Shown here in pieces: positions 53,694 to 62,531 of a DNA stretch of 64,000 bases (positions within the stretch are counted from its first letter, which is position 1; every line of letters starts with the position of its first letter). Source of the DNA: Phycisphaerales bacterium. GTDB taxonomy: Bacteria; Planctomycetota; Phycisphaerae; Sedimentisphaerales; Anaerobacaceae. The position numbers and the translations under genes are program-made. The notes below the pieces were generated by a model. The model saw nothing but the letters and a program-made list of their open reading frames with translations. It was not told the origin of the DNA and did not search any database. The stretch is taken from NCBI GenBank assembly GCA_020352215.1, contig CP070675.1:4626137-4690136 (forward strand), in the 5' to 3' direction.

Positions 53694-54230
53694 ATGATCT
53701 TGTTGAAGCTTTTCATCGCATTTCTGAAAATTGGTTTGTTTGCATTTGGTGGTGCATATTCCTTTGTGCCTATGATTGAGAGGGAGGTTGTGCAAAACAA
53801 CCAGTGGCTTGCCAAGGAGGAGTTTCTGGAGATTCTCGGGATTGTGAAGGTGTTCCCCGGTGCGATATCGATTAAGTTCGCCACCTATACCGGCTATAAA
53901 GTCGCCGGTGTTCCCGGCGCAATAGTGGCCAACTTTGCGAACATACTGGCGCCCGTCCTGTTCATAATGGCCGCCTCGCTTGTCTATTCAAAGTACAAGG
54001 ACGTTCCGTTCGTCAGGGGTAGTCTGGAGATGATTCAATATGCCGTTTTTGCGATGATAATCGCCGTCGGCATACAGTTGGTTGACAAAGTGGGGGTCTT
54101 TGAGTTGAAAAATCTATTCGTTGTTTTGGTGGCGTTTGCATTGTTCGCTCTGACGAAGATACATCCTGCTTTTATCATCGTGGGGGCAGCCGTATATGGC
54201 GGACTGATCAACTCGATAACCTCGACCTGA
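53694..54230 (+). CDS. Chromate-transporter (ChrA) family half-size membrane protein
   Basis: FLKIGLFAFGGAYSFVPMIEREVV is the ChrA-family signature. 178 aa, and no partner half-gene lies adjacent. Confidence 0.7.
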   Translation: MILLKLFIAFLKIGLFAFGGAYSFVPMIEREVVQNNQWLAKEEFLEILGIVKVFPGAISIKFATYTGYKVAGVPGAIVANFANILAPVLFIMAASLVYSKYKDVPFVRGSLEMIQYAVFAMIIAVGIQLVDKVGVFELKNLFVVLVAFALFALTKIHPAFIIVGAAVYGGLINSITST

Positions 54231-54374
54231 GGGGCCGACTTCCTGGCCAAGAGGGCACTTTTCGTGAAAAGAACTGTTGTCAATCCGAGACTTCTCCTGT
54301 AATCTGATCCGGAAAGGCCAGCAGCGTGCTGGCTGAATTTGGCCTCAGAAATCTGGACTCGGCGGAGGCTGTTT

Positions 54375-54845
54375 ATGGATACCGCAATTAAGCTTATCGT
54401 CAATGGAAAAGAAGAAACCGTCGTCACGGATCCGGCCCGATCCCTTCTTGACGTTCTGAGGGAGGATCTCGGTCTCACCGGCGCCAAGTACGGCTGTGGT
54501 GAAGGCCTGTGTGGTGCCTGCACGGTCTTGATGGACGGCAAACGCGTCCTGTCCTGTGCCACACCTGTGGCCAAGGCGGACAAGAAAGAGATCACCACGA
54601 TCGAAGGACTGGCTGCGGGCGATTCTTTGCACCCTGTCCAGAAGGCATTCCTCGAAGAAGGCGCTATTCAGTGCGGGTACTGCACGCCGGGCATGATTCT
54701 GAGTACAGTGGCGCTGCTCAGGGAGAAACCACACCCGACAGACGAGCAAATCATCGAGTGGATGAACGGCAACATTTGTCGGTGTAACGGATATCCGAAG
54801 ATTATGAATGCGATTCGCCGGGCAGCCGGCAGTGATCGGAGGTAA
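54375..54845 (+). CDS. (2Fe-2S)-binding small subunit of a molybdo-hydroxylase (CoxS/IorA-like)
   Basis: CGEGLCGACTV and CGYCTPG...CRCNGY motifs. The start is set at MDTAIKLIVNG. Confidence 0.85.
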   Translation: MDTAIKLIVNGKEETVVTDPARSLLDVLREDLGLTGAKYGCGEGLCGACTVLMDGKRVLSCATPVAKADKKEITTIEGLAAGDSLHPVQKAFLEEGAIQCGYCTPGMILSTVALLREKPHPTDEQIIEWMNGNICRCNGYPKIMNAIRRAAGSDRR

Positions 54846-54852
54846 GCATCTT

Positions 54853-57012
54853 ATGGCCACGGATCTGTCAGTAGACCAAAGGTGTGGTTCCAAAAGTTGT
54901 GAGTCCAGTGATGAATTGGGCCACGAACTGGACCTGAACCGCCGTCAGTTTGTACAGCTCTTGGGCGCGGGGCTGCTCATCACGGTGAGCGGAGGCGTTG
55001 GCCTGGCTCAGCGGCGCTCGTCGAGCAGGGGGGCAAGGACCGTCGCGGCGCGAGTCCATATTGGTGAGGATGGCCGAATCACCGTCATGACGGGCAAGGT
55101 CGAGGAAGGCCAGGGTGCCCGGGCACAGCTAACGCAAGCAGCCGCCGAAGAGCTGCGCGTTACCGCCGACGAAGTCCACCTGATAATGGCCGATACAAGC
55201 CTCGTCCCTGACGACGGCATAACTGCCGGTAGCCGGACGACCCCTTCGACTGTTCCCGCGGTCCGGCGAGGTGCTGCAGCTGCTCGCGAACTGCTGACAC
55301 GCCTTGCAGCCGAGCAGTGGCAGCTAAAGACAAGTGCCTTGGATGTGGACGACGGCACTATCACTCACAAGGCGACAAAACGGACCATGACGTACGCGCA
55401 GCTTGCCGGTAAGACCGATGTTGCCGGGGCCTTCGAGCAGAGCGTACCGTCTGATGTCACTGTCACGCCGGTTAGCGAATGGGAGGTGCTTGGCAGTTCA
55501 GTTCCCAGACCTAACAGCCGGGACATAGTCACCGCGGAACACCGTTTCCCTTCGGATATCAGGCGTCCCAATATGCTCTACGGGAAGGTCCTGCGTCCCC
55601 CCTCCTACGGTGCGACGCTCACATCGATAGACCTTTCCGCGGCCGAGGCCATGAAGGACGTAGTCGTTGTCCGAGAGGATCAATTCGTGGGGTGCGCCGC
55701 GCCGACGTCGTTTCGCGCCACCCAGGCCTTGAAAGCAATTGCCAAAACGGCATCCTGGCAAACCGTTTCCCATCCATCCAGCAAAGAAATCTTCTCGCAT
55801 CTCAAGAAGAATGCTCGCACCGGCGGAAGATCGCGTCCCAGAACAAGGGGCTCTGTTGATAAAGGCTTCGCCGATGCAAGCAAGGTGCTCAGCGAAACCT
55901 ACCGGGTGGCCTACATTCAGCACACTCCGATGGAGCCCCGGGCGGCAACGGCGGAGTGGAAGGACGGCAAGCTGACAGTCTGGACGGGCATCGACTGGCC
56001 CCAGCGAGCGCAACGCGACTTGGCCCGGACCTTCCAGATTCCGGCCGAACAGATACGTGCGATAGTGCCCGATATGGGTAGCGGATTCGGGGGCAAACAT
56101 AGCGGCGAAGCGGCGGAAGAGGCTGCGCGGTTGGCCAAGGCCGCCGGGCGTCCGGTCGCCGTGCACTGGACAAGAGCTGAGGAGTTTACGTGGGCCTACT
56201 TCCGACCGGCAGCGGTGATCGAGTGCAAGGGGGGGTTGGATGCGAACGGTTCGCTGACTGCTTGGGAGTTCACCAACATCAACGCCGGCGGGGCGGCAAT
56301 CGATACGCCGTACAACATACCCAATACCAAAATTCTGTCCGCGAGTTCGGATTCTCCTCTGCGCCAGGGCCCGTATCGCTGCCTCGCTGCAACGGCCAAC
56401 AACTTTGCGCGCGAGTCCTTTATGGATGAGCTTGCCGCAGCAGCAGGGACTGATCCTCTTGCCTTCAGGCTTGCTCATCTCCAAAACGAGCGCATACGTA
56501 CCGTTCTGCAGACAGTTGCTGAGCACTTTGACTGGGCTGCACGCCGAAAGAAGGTCACCGACGAAGTAGGTGTCGGCCTGGCATGCGGGACGGAGAAGAA
56601 TTCCTGCGTGGCCGCGTGTGTAGAAGTCGCTATCGATCGCAAACGAGGCGAGATAAAGGTGCTTGAGGTCTGCGAGGCGTTTGAGTGCGGCCCCATCCAG
56701 AATCCCGCCAACCTGCTTTCTCAGGTGCATGGCTGCATCATTATGGGCCTGGGCGGCGCATTGCGTGAAGAGATGCGATTCGAAGACGGCAAGATTCTGA
56801 ATGCAAGCTTCTCGGGGTATTTGGTGCCGCGGTTCAAGGATGTTCCCAAAATCGATGTCCACTTAGTCAACAAGACTGACATACCGTCGGCCGGAGGCGG
56901 TGAGACGCCCATTATCGCCATCGCCCCTGCCATCGGTAATGCTGTCTTCGCCGCTACTGGTATCCGCATCCGGTCCATGCCGATGCGCGGCATCCCGCCA
57001 AGACGAGTCTAA
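54853..57012 (+). CDS. Molybdopterin-binding large subunit of a xanthine dehydrogenase/aldehyde oxidase-family enzyme (IorB-like, Tat-exported)
   Basis: Tat motif NRRQFVQLLGAGLL. GSGFGGKH Moco-binding-type motif. The length and its position after the 2Fe-2S subunit fit. GGAGG precedes the ATG at 54853. Confidence 0.8.
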   Translation: MATDLSVDQRCGSKSCESSDELGHELDLNRRQFVQLLGAGLLITVSGGVGLAQRRSSSRGARTVAARVHIGEDGRITVMTGKVEEGQGARAQLTQAAAEELRVTADEVHLIMADTSLVPDDGITAGSRTTPSTVPAVRRGAAAARELLTRLAAEQWQLKTSALDVDDGTITHKATKRTMTYAQLAGKTDVAGAFEQSVPSDVTVTPVSEWEVLGSSVPRPNSRDIVTAEHRFPSDIRRPNMLYGKVLRPPSYGATLTSIDLSAAEAMKDVVVVREDQFVGCAAPTSFRATQALKAIAKTASWQTVSHPSSKEIFSHLKKNARTGGRSRPRTRGSVDKGFADASKVLSETYRVAYIQHTPMEPRAATAEWKDGKLTVWTGIDWPQRAQRDLARTFQIPAEQIRAIVPDMGSGFGGKHSGEAAEEAARLAKAAGRPVAVHWTRAEEFTWAYFRPAAVIECKGGLDANGSLTAWEFTNINAGGAAIDTPYNIPNTKILSASSDSPLRQGPYRCLAATANNFARESFMDELAAAAGTDPLAFRLAHLQNERIRTVLQTVAEHFDWAARRKKVTDEVGVGLACGTEKNSCVAACVEVAIDRKRGEIKVLEVCEAFECGPIQNPANLLSQVHGCIIMGLGGALREEMRFEDGKILNASFSGYLVPRFKDVPKIDVHLVNKTDIPSAGGGETPIIAIAPAIGNAVFAATGIRIRSMPMRGIPPRRV

Positions 57013-57030
57013 AGACTATGAACATTCCTC

Positions 57031-58131
57031 ATGGAAAGCCAAGTCGATAGAACTCATCAGCCTATAGACACCCACCGCAAGATCGTGGAGTTCGTTGAGC
57101 AAGGCTGTCCGTTTGTGGTGGCACTGGTCCTCAGGGCCGAAGGCTCTACGCCTCGTGGGGCCGGGACCAAGGCCGTCATTGGTAGCGACGGCAAAATCTG
57201 GGGCACCGTCGGCGGGGGAGCCGTCGAGGCAGAAAGCCAACGCCGTGCGCTTGAAGCCTTGGAATTGAAACAGCCTATCGTTTTCGATTTCCATTTGGAG
57301 GGCACCGATCGCAAGGCTGACGTCCCCATTTGCGGAGGGGTCATGCGCATGCTTGTCGACCCAACCGCCGCCCGGAATAAGACGGCGTATACTCAAGTCG
57401 CTGATGCAATTCGGCAGCGTCAGCGAGGAGTTCTTTTGACGACGATACGTGCCGCGGCGCCTGCGGAGGTGGAACTGCAGTGGTTTCCAGAAGGGGGGAT
57501 TCCATCACAGATCGACTTTCCCGATGCCGAGAGCATCAGCCGCTGTCTGGACCGCGAGACGGCGCAGCTCTTCTCAAACGGTGTTACACAGTCGGCCACC
57601 TCTGTAGATGTTCTGGTCGAGCCGGTGATTCCCAAGCCGCGTCTGCTGATTGTCGGAGCAGGTCACATTGGTCAAGCGCTTGCCGTGCAGGCCGTTCTCG
57701 TCGGGTTTGATGTCACGGTAGTTGACGACCGGGCCGAGTTCACAGATCCAGCCCTTTTCCCGGAAGCAGTGACAACCTTGTGTGGGGACATTCCAAAGGA
57801 AGTGGCCGACTTTCCCATTGCAGAAGACACCTATGTCGTGGTGGTCACCCGAGGCCACAAACACGATGCGGGCGCCCTTCGGGCGTGTATCAACAAGCCG
57901 GCCGCATACATTGGCATGATTGGCAGTAAGCGCAAGGTTGCTTTGATGAAGAAGGATTTCATAGAGACTGGGATCGCCACAGAGGAGCAGTTCGGCCGCG
58001 TTTTCGCCCCTATCGGCTTGGACATCGGCGCGCTCACCGTGCCGGAGATCGCGACGAGCATCGTCGCCCAGCTTGTCGACGTCAGACGCAAGGGTCGTGA
58101 CCATGCACTCCGAGAGGGTAGAATCCGATGA
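57031..58131 (+). CDS. XdhC/CoxI-family molybdo-enzyme maturation protein
   Basis: N-terminal XdhC_CoxI-like segment (FVVALVLRAEGSTPRGAG) and Rossmann-like LLIVGAGHIGQAL. Confidence 0.8.
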   Translation: MESQVDRTHQPIDTHRKIVEFVEQGCPFVVALVLRAEGSTPRGAGTKAVIGSDGKIWGTVGGGAVEAESQRRALEALELKQPIVFDFHLEGTDRKADVPICGGVMRMLVDPTAARNKTAYTQVADAIRQRQRGVLLTTIRAAAPAEVELQWFPEGGIPSQIDFPDAESISRCLDRETAQLFSNGVTQSATSVDVLVEPVIPKPRLLIVGAGHIGQALAVQAVLVGFDVTVVDDRAEFTDPALFPEAVTTLCGDIPKEVADFPIAEDTYVVVVTRGHKHDAGALRACINKPAAYIGMIGSKRKVALMKKDFIETGIATEEQFGRVFAPIGLDIGALTVPEIATSIVAQLVDVRRKGRDHALREGRIR

Positions 58132-58706
58132 TCTGTGCTATTGTGCTTGCCGCAGGGCAATCCCGCCGAATGGGTGCTCATAAACTGCTTTTACCACTGC
58201 GTGGGACGACGGTCATAGGGCACATCGTCGCTCAGCTCCTGCGCAGCACCGTCGACAAGATCTTCGTGGTTGTTGGCCACAAGGGGGAAAAGGTGGCCGA
58301 GCAGATGCCCGAAGGTGCCGTATCAATTGTGACTAATCCGAACTACCAAGCGGGGATGTTGTCATCGGTACGTTGCGGCATAGAGCACTTGCCCCAGGAT
58401 TGCGATGCGGTATTAGTGGTCCTGGGCGATCAACCGTCCATTACCTCTGAACTTGTCGACGAGATGGTCAAGTCCTTCGCCGGAACCGAGGAGGGTGTTG
58501 TCGTGCCGGTCTACCAGGGCAAGCGAGGGCATCCGATCTTGTTCGCGGAACGCTACTGCAGCGAGGTATCGACCTGCTTTGACGACGTCGGACTCAAAGG
58601 GCTCTTGCATGCCCATCCAGACGAGGTATTTGAGCTGGAGGTCGCGTCCCCCGGCGTGCTGTCAGATATGGACCACCCCGAAGACTACAAACGAGAGCTT
58701 GCATGA
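58128..58706 (+). CDS. mocA: MobA-like nucleotidyltransferase (molybdenum cofactor cytidylyltransferase type)
   Basis: ICAIVLAAGQSRRMG..KLLLPL is the NTP-transferase signature. It overlaps the xdhC-family gene by 4 nt. Confidence 0.7.
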   Translation: MICAIVLAAGQSRRMGAHKLLLPLRGTTVIGHIVAQLLRSTVDKIFVVVGHKGEKVAEQMPEGAVSIVTNPNYQAGMLSSVRCGIEHLPQDCDAVLVVLGDQPSITSELVDEMVKSFAGTEEGVVVPVYQGKRGHPILFAERYCSEVSTCFDDVGLKGLLHAHPDEVFELEVASPGVLSDMDHPEDYKRELA

Positions 58707-58878
58707 GCAGAACAGACGTCGGACGATACTTTCCATTCTTGCATACCCCGCTACTGTTGGTTATCGTAGCTGCAGACAAAGACAAGCTGTGTTGAAGACG
58801 AGAGTGTCATGTTCAACTAACTTCACATACTCGGGACTGCAAGCTCGCCGTGCTTGGGCGCGAGGAAAGGGGAACGTC

Positions 58879-61029
58879 ATGAAAAAGTGGGTATTCTGTA
58901 TTTTGTTCGGCGCGGTTACCTGTTTGACCTCATGCGCTGTACGACAAGACTATATGATTGCCGACTTTGAGGGTAAGGACTATGGCGACTGGATTGTCAC
59001 CGGCGAGGCATTCGGTCCGGGTCCGGCCCGCGGCACGCTTCCCGATCAGATGGACGTTAGCGGCTTCGAGGGCCTGGGGCTCGTGAACAGCTACTACAAG
59101 GGTGACGACACTACCGGCACATTGACGTCGCCGCCTTTTGAGATCGAGCGCAAGTACATCAATTTTCTGATCGGCGGCGGCAAATATCCTGGTCAAACTT
59201 GCATTAACCTGCTCATCGACGGCAAGGTTGTCCGCACAGCGACCGGTCCCAACGACCGTCCGGGGGGATCTGAAGAGCTCAATTGGCATGCCTGGGATGT
59301 TGCCGAATTCCTCTCCAGTATGGCGCAGATACAAATTGTCGATAAAGGCACGGGGGGTTGGGGACATATAAACATCGATCACGTCTACCAGAGCAACAAA
59401 AAAGCCGCTGTGGTCGCGGGCAAGACCCGCAGTTTTCGTTTGAAGAAGAAGTACCTGAACTTCCCGGTCAAGAACGGAGCCAAGAAGCGGCTGATAAGCC
59501 TTATTATGGACGAAGAAGTTGTCCGCGAATTTGAGATAGAATTGGCTCCGGCGGAGCCTGACTTCTGGGTATTCCTGGACGTGAACCGGTTCAAGAACAA
59601 AAGGGTGACTCTGCGGATAGATAGGTATGACCCGACTCGGAGCAAGGGATTTGATTCGGTTTATCAGGCCAACACGTTCCCGGGCGAGGAGAATCTGTAC
59701 AAGGAGAAGCTGCGTCCGCAGTTCCACTTTTCGTCGCGCCGCGGCTGGAACAACGACTCGAACGGCATGGTGTATTACGATGGCGAGTACCATCTGTTCT
59801 ATCAGCACAATCCGTACGGATGGGCCTGGGGGAATATGACATGGGGACATGCGATCAGTACGGATATGATCCACTGGCGGGAACTGGGCGATGCGATTCA
59901 CCCTGACAGATTGGGGACGATATTCTCCGGTTCAGCCGTGGTCGATGAACGCAACACGGCAGGTTTTCAGACCGGCGACGAGAAGGTGATAGTGTGCATT
60001 TATACCTCGGCCGGCGGCACGAACCCCATGTCGCAAGGTCAGCCCTTTACCCAGTCGATCGCGTACAGCAACGACCGAGGCAGGACGCTGACAGTCTATG
60101 AAAACAATCCCGTCCTCGGGCACGTTAGCGGCGGCAATCGCGATCCGAAGGTTATCTGGCACGGGCCCACGAATCAGTGGGTCATGGTTCTGTACCTTGA
60201 CGATCACATCATGGGATTCTACACGTCCAAGGATTTAAAATCGTGGGACTTTCAGAGCAAGCTAAAGTGCTTCCACGAGTGCCCCGAGCTCTTTGAGCTG
60301 CCCGTTGACGGGGACCGGAACAACAAGAAGTGGGTCTTGTATGGCGCCAGCGGGCACTATCTGATCGGCACTTTTGACGGAAGGGAATTCAAGAAGCAGT
60401 CCGAGGAAATCCAGTTCCATCACGGCAATTGTTTCTATGCCTCTCAGACGTTCAGCAATATCCCGAAAGAGGACGGCCGGAGGATTCAGATCGCCTGGGG
60501 TCGGGTCCCAATGCCGGACATGCCGTTCAATCAGATGATGCTGTTTCCGGTGGTGCTCAGGCTCGAGACAACCGAAGAAGGCATCCGCATGTTCGCCGAA
60601 CCCATACGCGAAGTCGAGAAACTCCACGACAAAAGGCACCAGGTGAAAGCAGAGATTCTGGAGCCTGGCACCAATCCACTCGCGGATGTGACTGGCGAGC
60701 TGTTTCATATTCGCGCAAAGTTTGAACTGCAGGGCGCCGAAGAATTTGGCTTCACCATTCGCGGCGTACCCGTAGTGTACGATGTCGAGAAAGAGCGGTT
60801 GTCCTGTCAAGAGAACTCTGCTTCCCTCAGACCGGACTCGGGCAAAATCTACTTGGAGCTGCTTGTGGACCGGACGTCGATAGAGATATTCGGCAACCAT
60901 GGCAGGCTCTATATGCCGGTTCGGGCCATTCTGCCCGAAGACGACAAGTCGCTGGCCGTGTCCTGCAAGGGCGGCAGCATTGGCATAGAGACCCTGGACG
61001 TCTACGAATTGCGATCGGCGTGGAAATAG
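58879..61029 (+). CDS. Glycoside hydrolase family 32 (levanase/invertase-like) lipoprotein with an N-terminal accessory domain
   Basis: MKKWVFCILFGAVTCLTSC lipoprotein signal. GH32 motifs WNNDSNG (nucleophile block), NRDPKV (RDP) and FHECPELF (EC). The start is reassigned from the track start (58453), which overlaps mocA. AGGAAAGGGG precedes the ATG at 58879. Confidence 0.85.
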   Translation: MKKWVFCILFGAVTCLTSCAVRQDYMIADFEGKDYGDWIVTGEAFGPGPARGTLPDQMDVSGFEGLGLVNSYYKGDDTTGTLTSPPFEIERKYINFLIGGGKYPGQTCINLLIDGKVVRTATGPNDRPGGSEELNWHAWDVAEFLSSMAQIQIVDKGTGGWGHINIDHVYQSNKKAAVVAGKTRSFRLKKKYLNFPVKNGAKKRLISLIMDEEVVREFEIELAPAEPDFWVFLDVNRFKNKRVTLRIDRYDPTRSKGFDSVYQANTFPGEENLYKEKLRPQFHFSSRRGWNNDSNGMVYYDGEYHLFYQHNPYGWAWGNMTWGHAISTDMIHWRELGDAIHPDRLGTIFSGSAVVDERNTAGFQTGDEKVIVCIYTSAGGTNPMSQGQPFTQSIAYSNDRGRTLTVYENNPVLGHVSGGNRDPKVIWHGPTNQWVMVLYLDDHIMGFYTSKDLKSWDFQSKLKCFHECPELFELPVDGDRNNKKWVLYGASGHYLIGTFDGREFKKQSEEIQFHHGNCFYASQTFSNIPKEDGRRIQIAWGRVPMPDMPFNQMMLFPVVLRLETTEEGIRMFAEPIREVEKLHDKRHQVKAEILEPGTNPLADVTGELFHIRAKFELQGAEEFGFTIRGVPVVYDVEKERLSCQENSASLRPDSGKIYLELLVDRTSIEIFGNHGRLYMPVRAILPEDDKSLAVSCKGGSIGIETLDVYELRSAWK

Positions 61030-61105
61030 TCGAGGCAAAGGGCGCCCGGGTGTATGCAACCGTTTTGTGTGAAAGGGAAGGACGCAGGAACACTGGGAGG
61101 CGACC

Positions 61106-62371
61106 TTGAGGCACCTATTCGATCAGTACAGCCAACCTGAAAACCGACTGACGCATGCACTGGTGTCATGTCTCTCGCAAGATAAACGGCTCCTGAGGGA
61201 CTTCATAAGACGGAATTGTTAAGATGCGCCGCCCAGTTGCGAAAGGCTGCATGTGGCGGAGCAGTCACTTCCTGGTCAGCCCGAAGTGGACGAAGAGCAG
61301 GCGACAAAACGGGGCTTACCGGATGCATGGATTTTCACTGACAGTGGGTGGGCACTCATTATCGAGAGCAAGGTTGCTTCGGATCCCACAATTCGCCAAC
61401 TCAATCGTCACATTGCTACGGCCAAGAGGCGTGGGTTTGCTGCCCCTAACCTGTTGCTAATTGTCGTTGATGTAGGTAAAACACACGTGACCCGAAGCGG
61501 GCGAACGCAGAAGAAGTCGTGGTCGGATTTGTATAGGTGGGCCGTAGGGCGTTCAGCAAGGTCAGAATGGGCAAAGCACTTTGCCACGTACTTAGAAATC
61601 GCGGAGGCCAAAATGATACGAGAAGACTATCTGCGGGAAGGCAAGTTGACCGCTTTTACCGGGATACCGTTTGACAGCGAACACCCCTATACATATCTCG
61701 AAGCCAAGCGGCTTCTCAAGCTAATCATAGAAGAGTTGAAAGGTGATAAGGGCTTCATTGGAAAGGTCGGGGTAGACAAGACTTCGCCTGGGAGACCAGC
61801 GATCACCGGGCGAGAATCTACAGGTGTATGGGATTTCCTCCGTATGGCCAGGGTGGGAGGCCCCCACACCTTCACAAGGTACCCCCACCTTACCGTTGCA
61901 GTCGGAGTGGATCACATGGAAGCCGACGTGACGCTTCCCAATGGTGTGCCTGAGAAGACTCGGACTCGCGTCCTGGGGGAAGATCTTGAGGTCTTTGAAC
62001 AGCGGATGGCACAAGTCTTGAGTAATATGAGGGGAGTTATCAGATCTGACGATTCTGTCAGGCCCGTCGTCAAGGTACTACAGCGTCACTATGCGACTCA
62101 GCGGAGTCTGCTAACTCGGGACGCACTAATCTACTGTGACTTAAGGACGGCTTTCAGAAGTAAGAGAAAGTCGGCGCACAAGTACCAACCTGAATGGCTG
62201 CGGACTATTTACAATGTGATGATGCATAAACGGTCCAATCTGCAGTTCCAAGTTGGTGTGGAAATTCCATACATCCATTCTACGGTGATCAAGACTCCTA
62301 GAGCCACCAAGCTGATTGCAGATGCATTCTTGGCCCTGCGACCTCTGCTGGGCAGATGCTCAAGTCGGTGA
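61106..62371 (+). pseudogene. PD-(D/E)xK nuclease-like gene interrupted by an in-frame TAA at 61220-61222
   Basis: The upstream fragment (possible TTG at 61106) reads LRHLFDQYSQPENRLTHALVSCLSQDKRLLRDFIRRNC*. In the same frame it continues DAPPSCERLHVAEQ...GLPDAWIFTDSGWALIIESKV. Together E...D...ExK reads as one nuclease core. The downstream part alone (GTG 61253-62371) is the 372-aa track ORF. Confidence 0.5.
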
Positions 62372-62531
62372 GCGACGCACGCTTCTCTTGGTGCCCGTTG
62401 TGTGCCTTGTTGCCCTCAGACATATCGACCAGCGAACCCGGCGAATTTGGCGTGCCCACGCTGGTGAATTAAGGAACGAATGTGCAGTATAGGACTTTGC
62501 TCCAGAGGCTATACTCTGGTAGAGTGTTGTT

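Noticed and set aside
58453-58878. The 858-aa version of the GH32 ORF, starting at 58453.
   Set aside because: The first 142 codons overlap mocA in another frame and translate to Arg/Ser/Cys-rich sequence. A lipoprotein signal peptide with a good ribosome-binding site begins at 58879.
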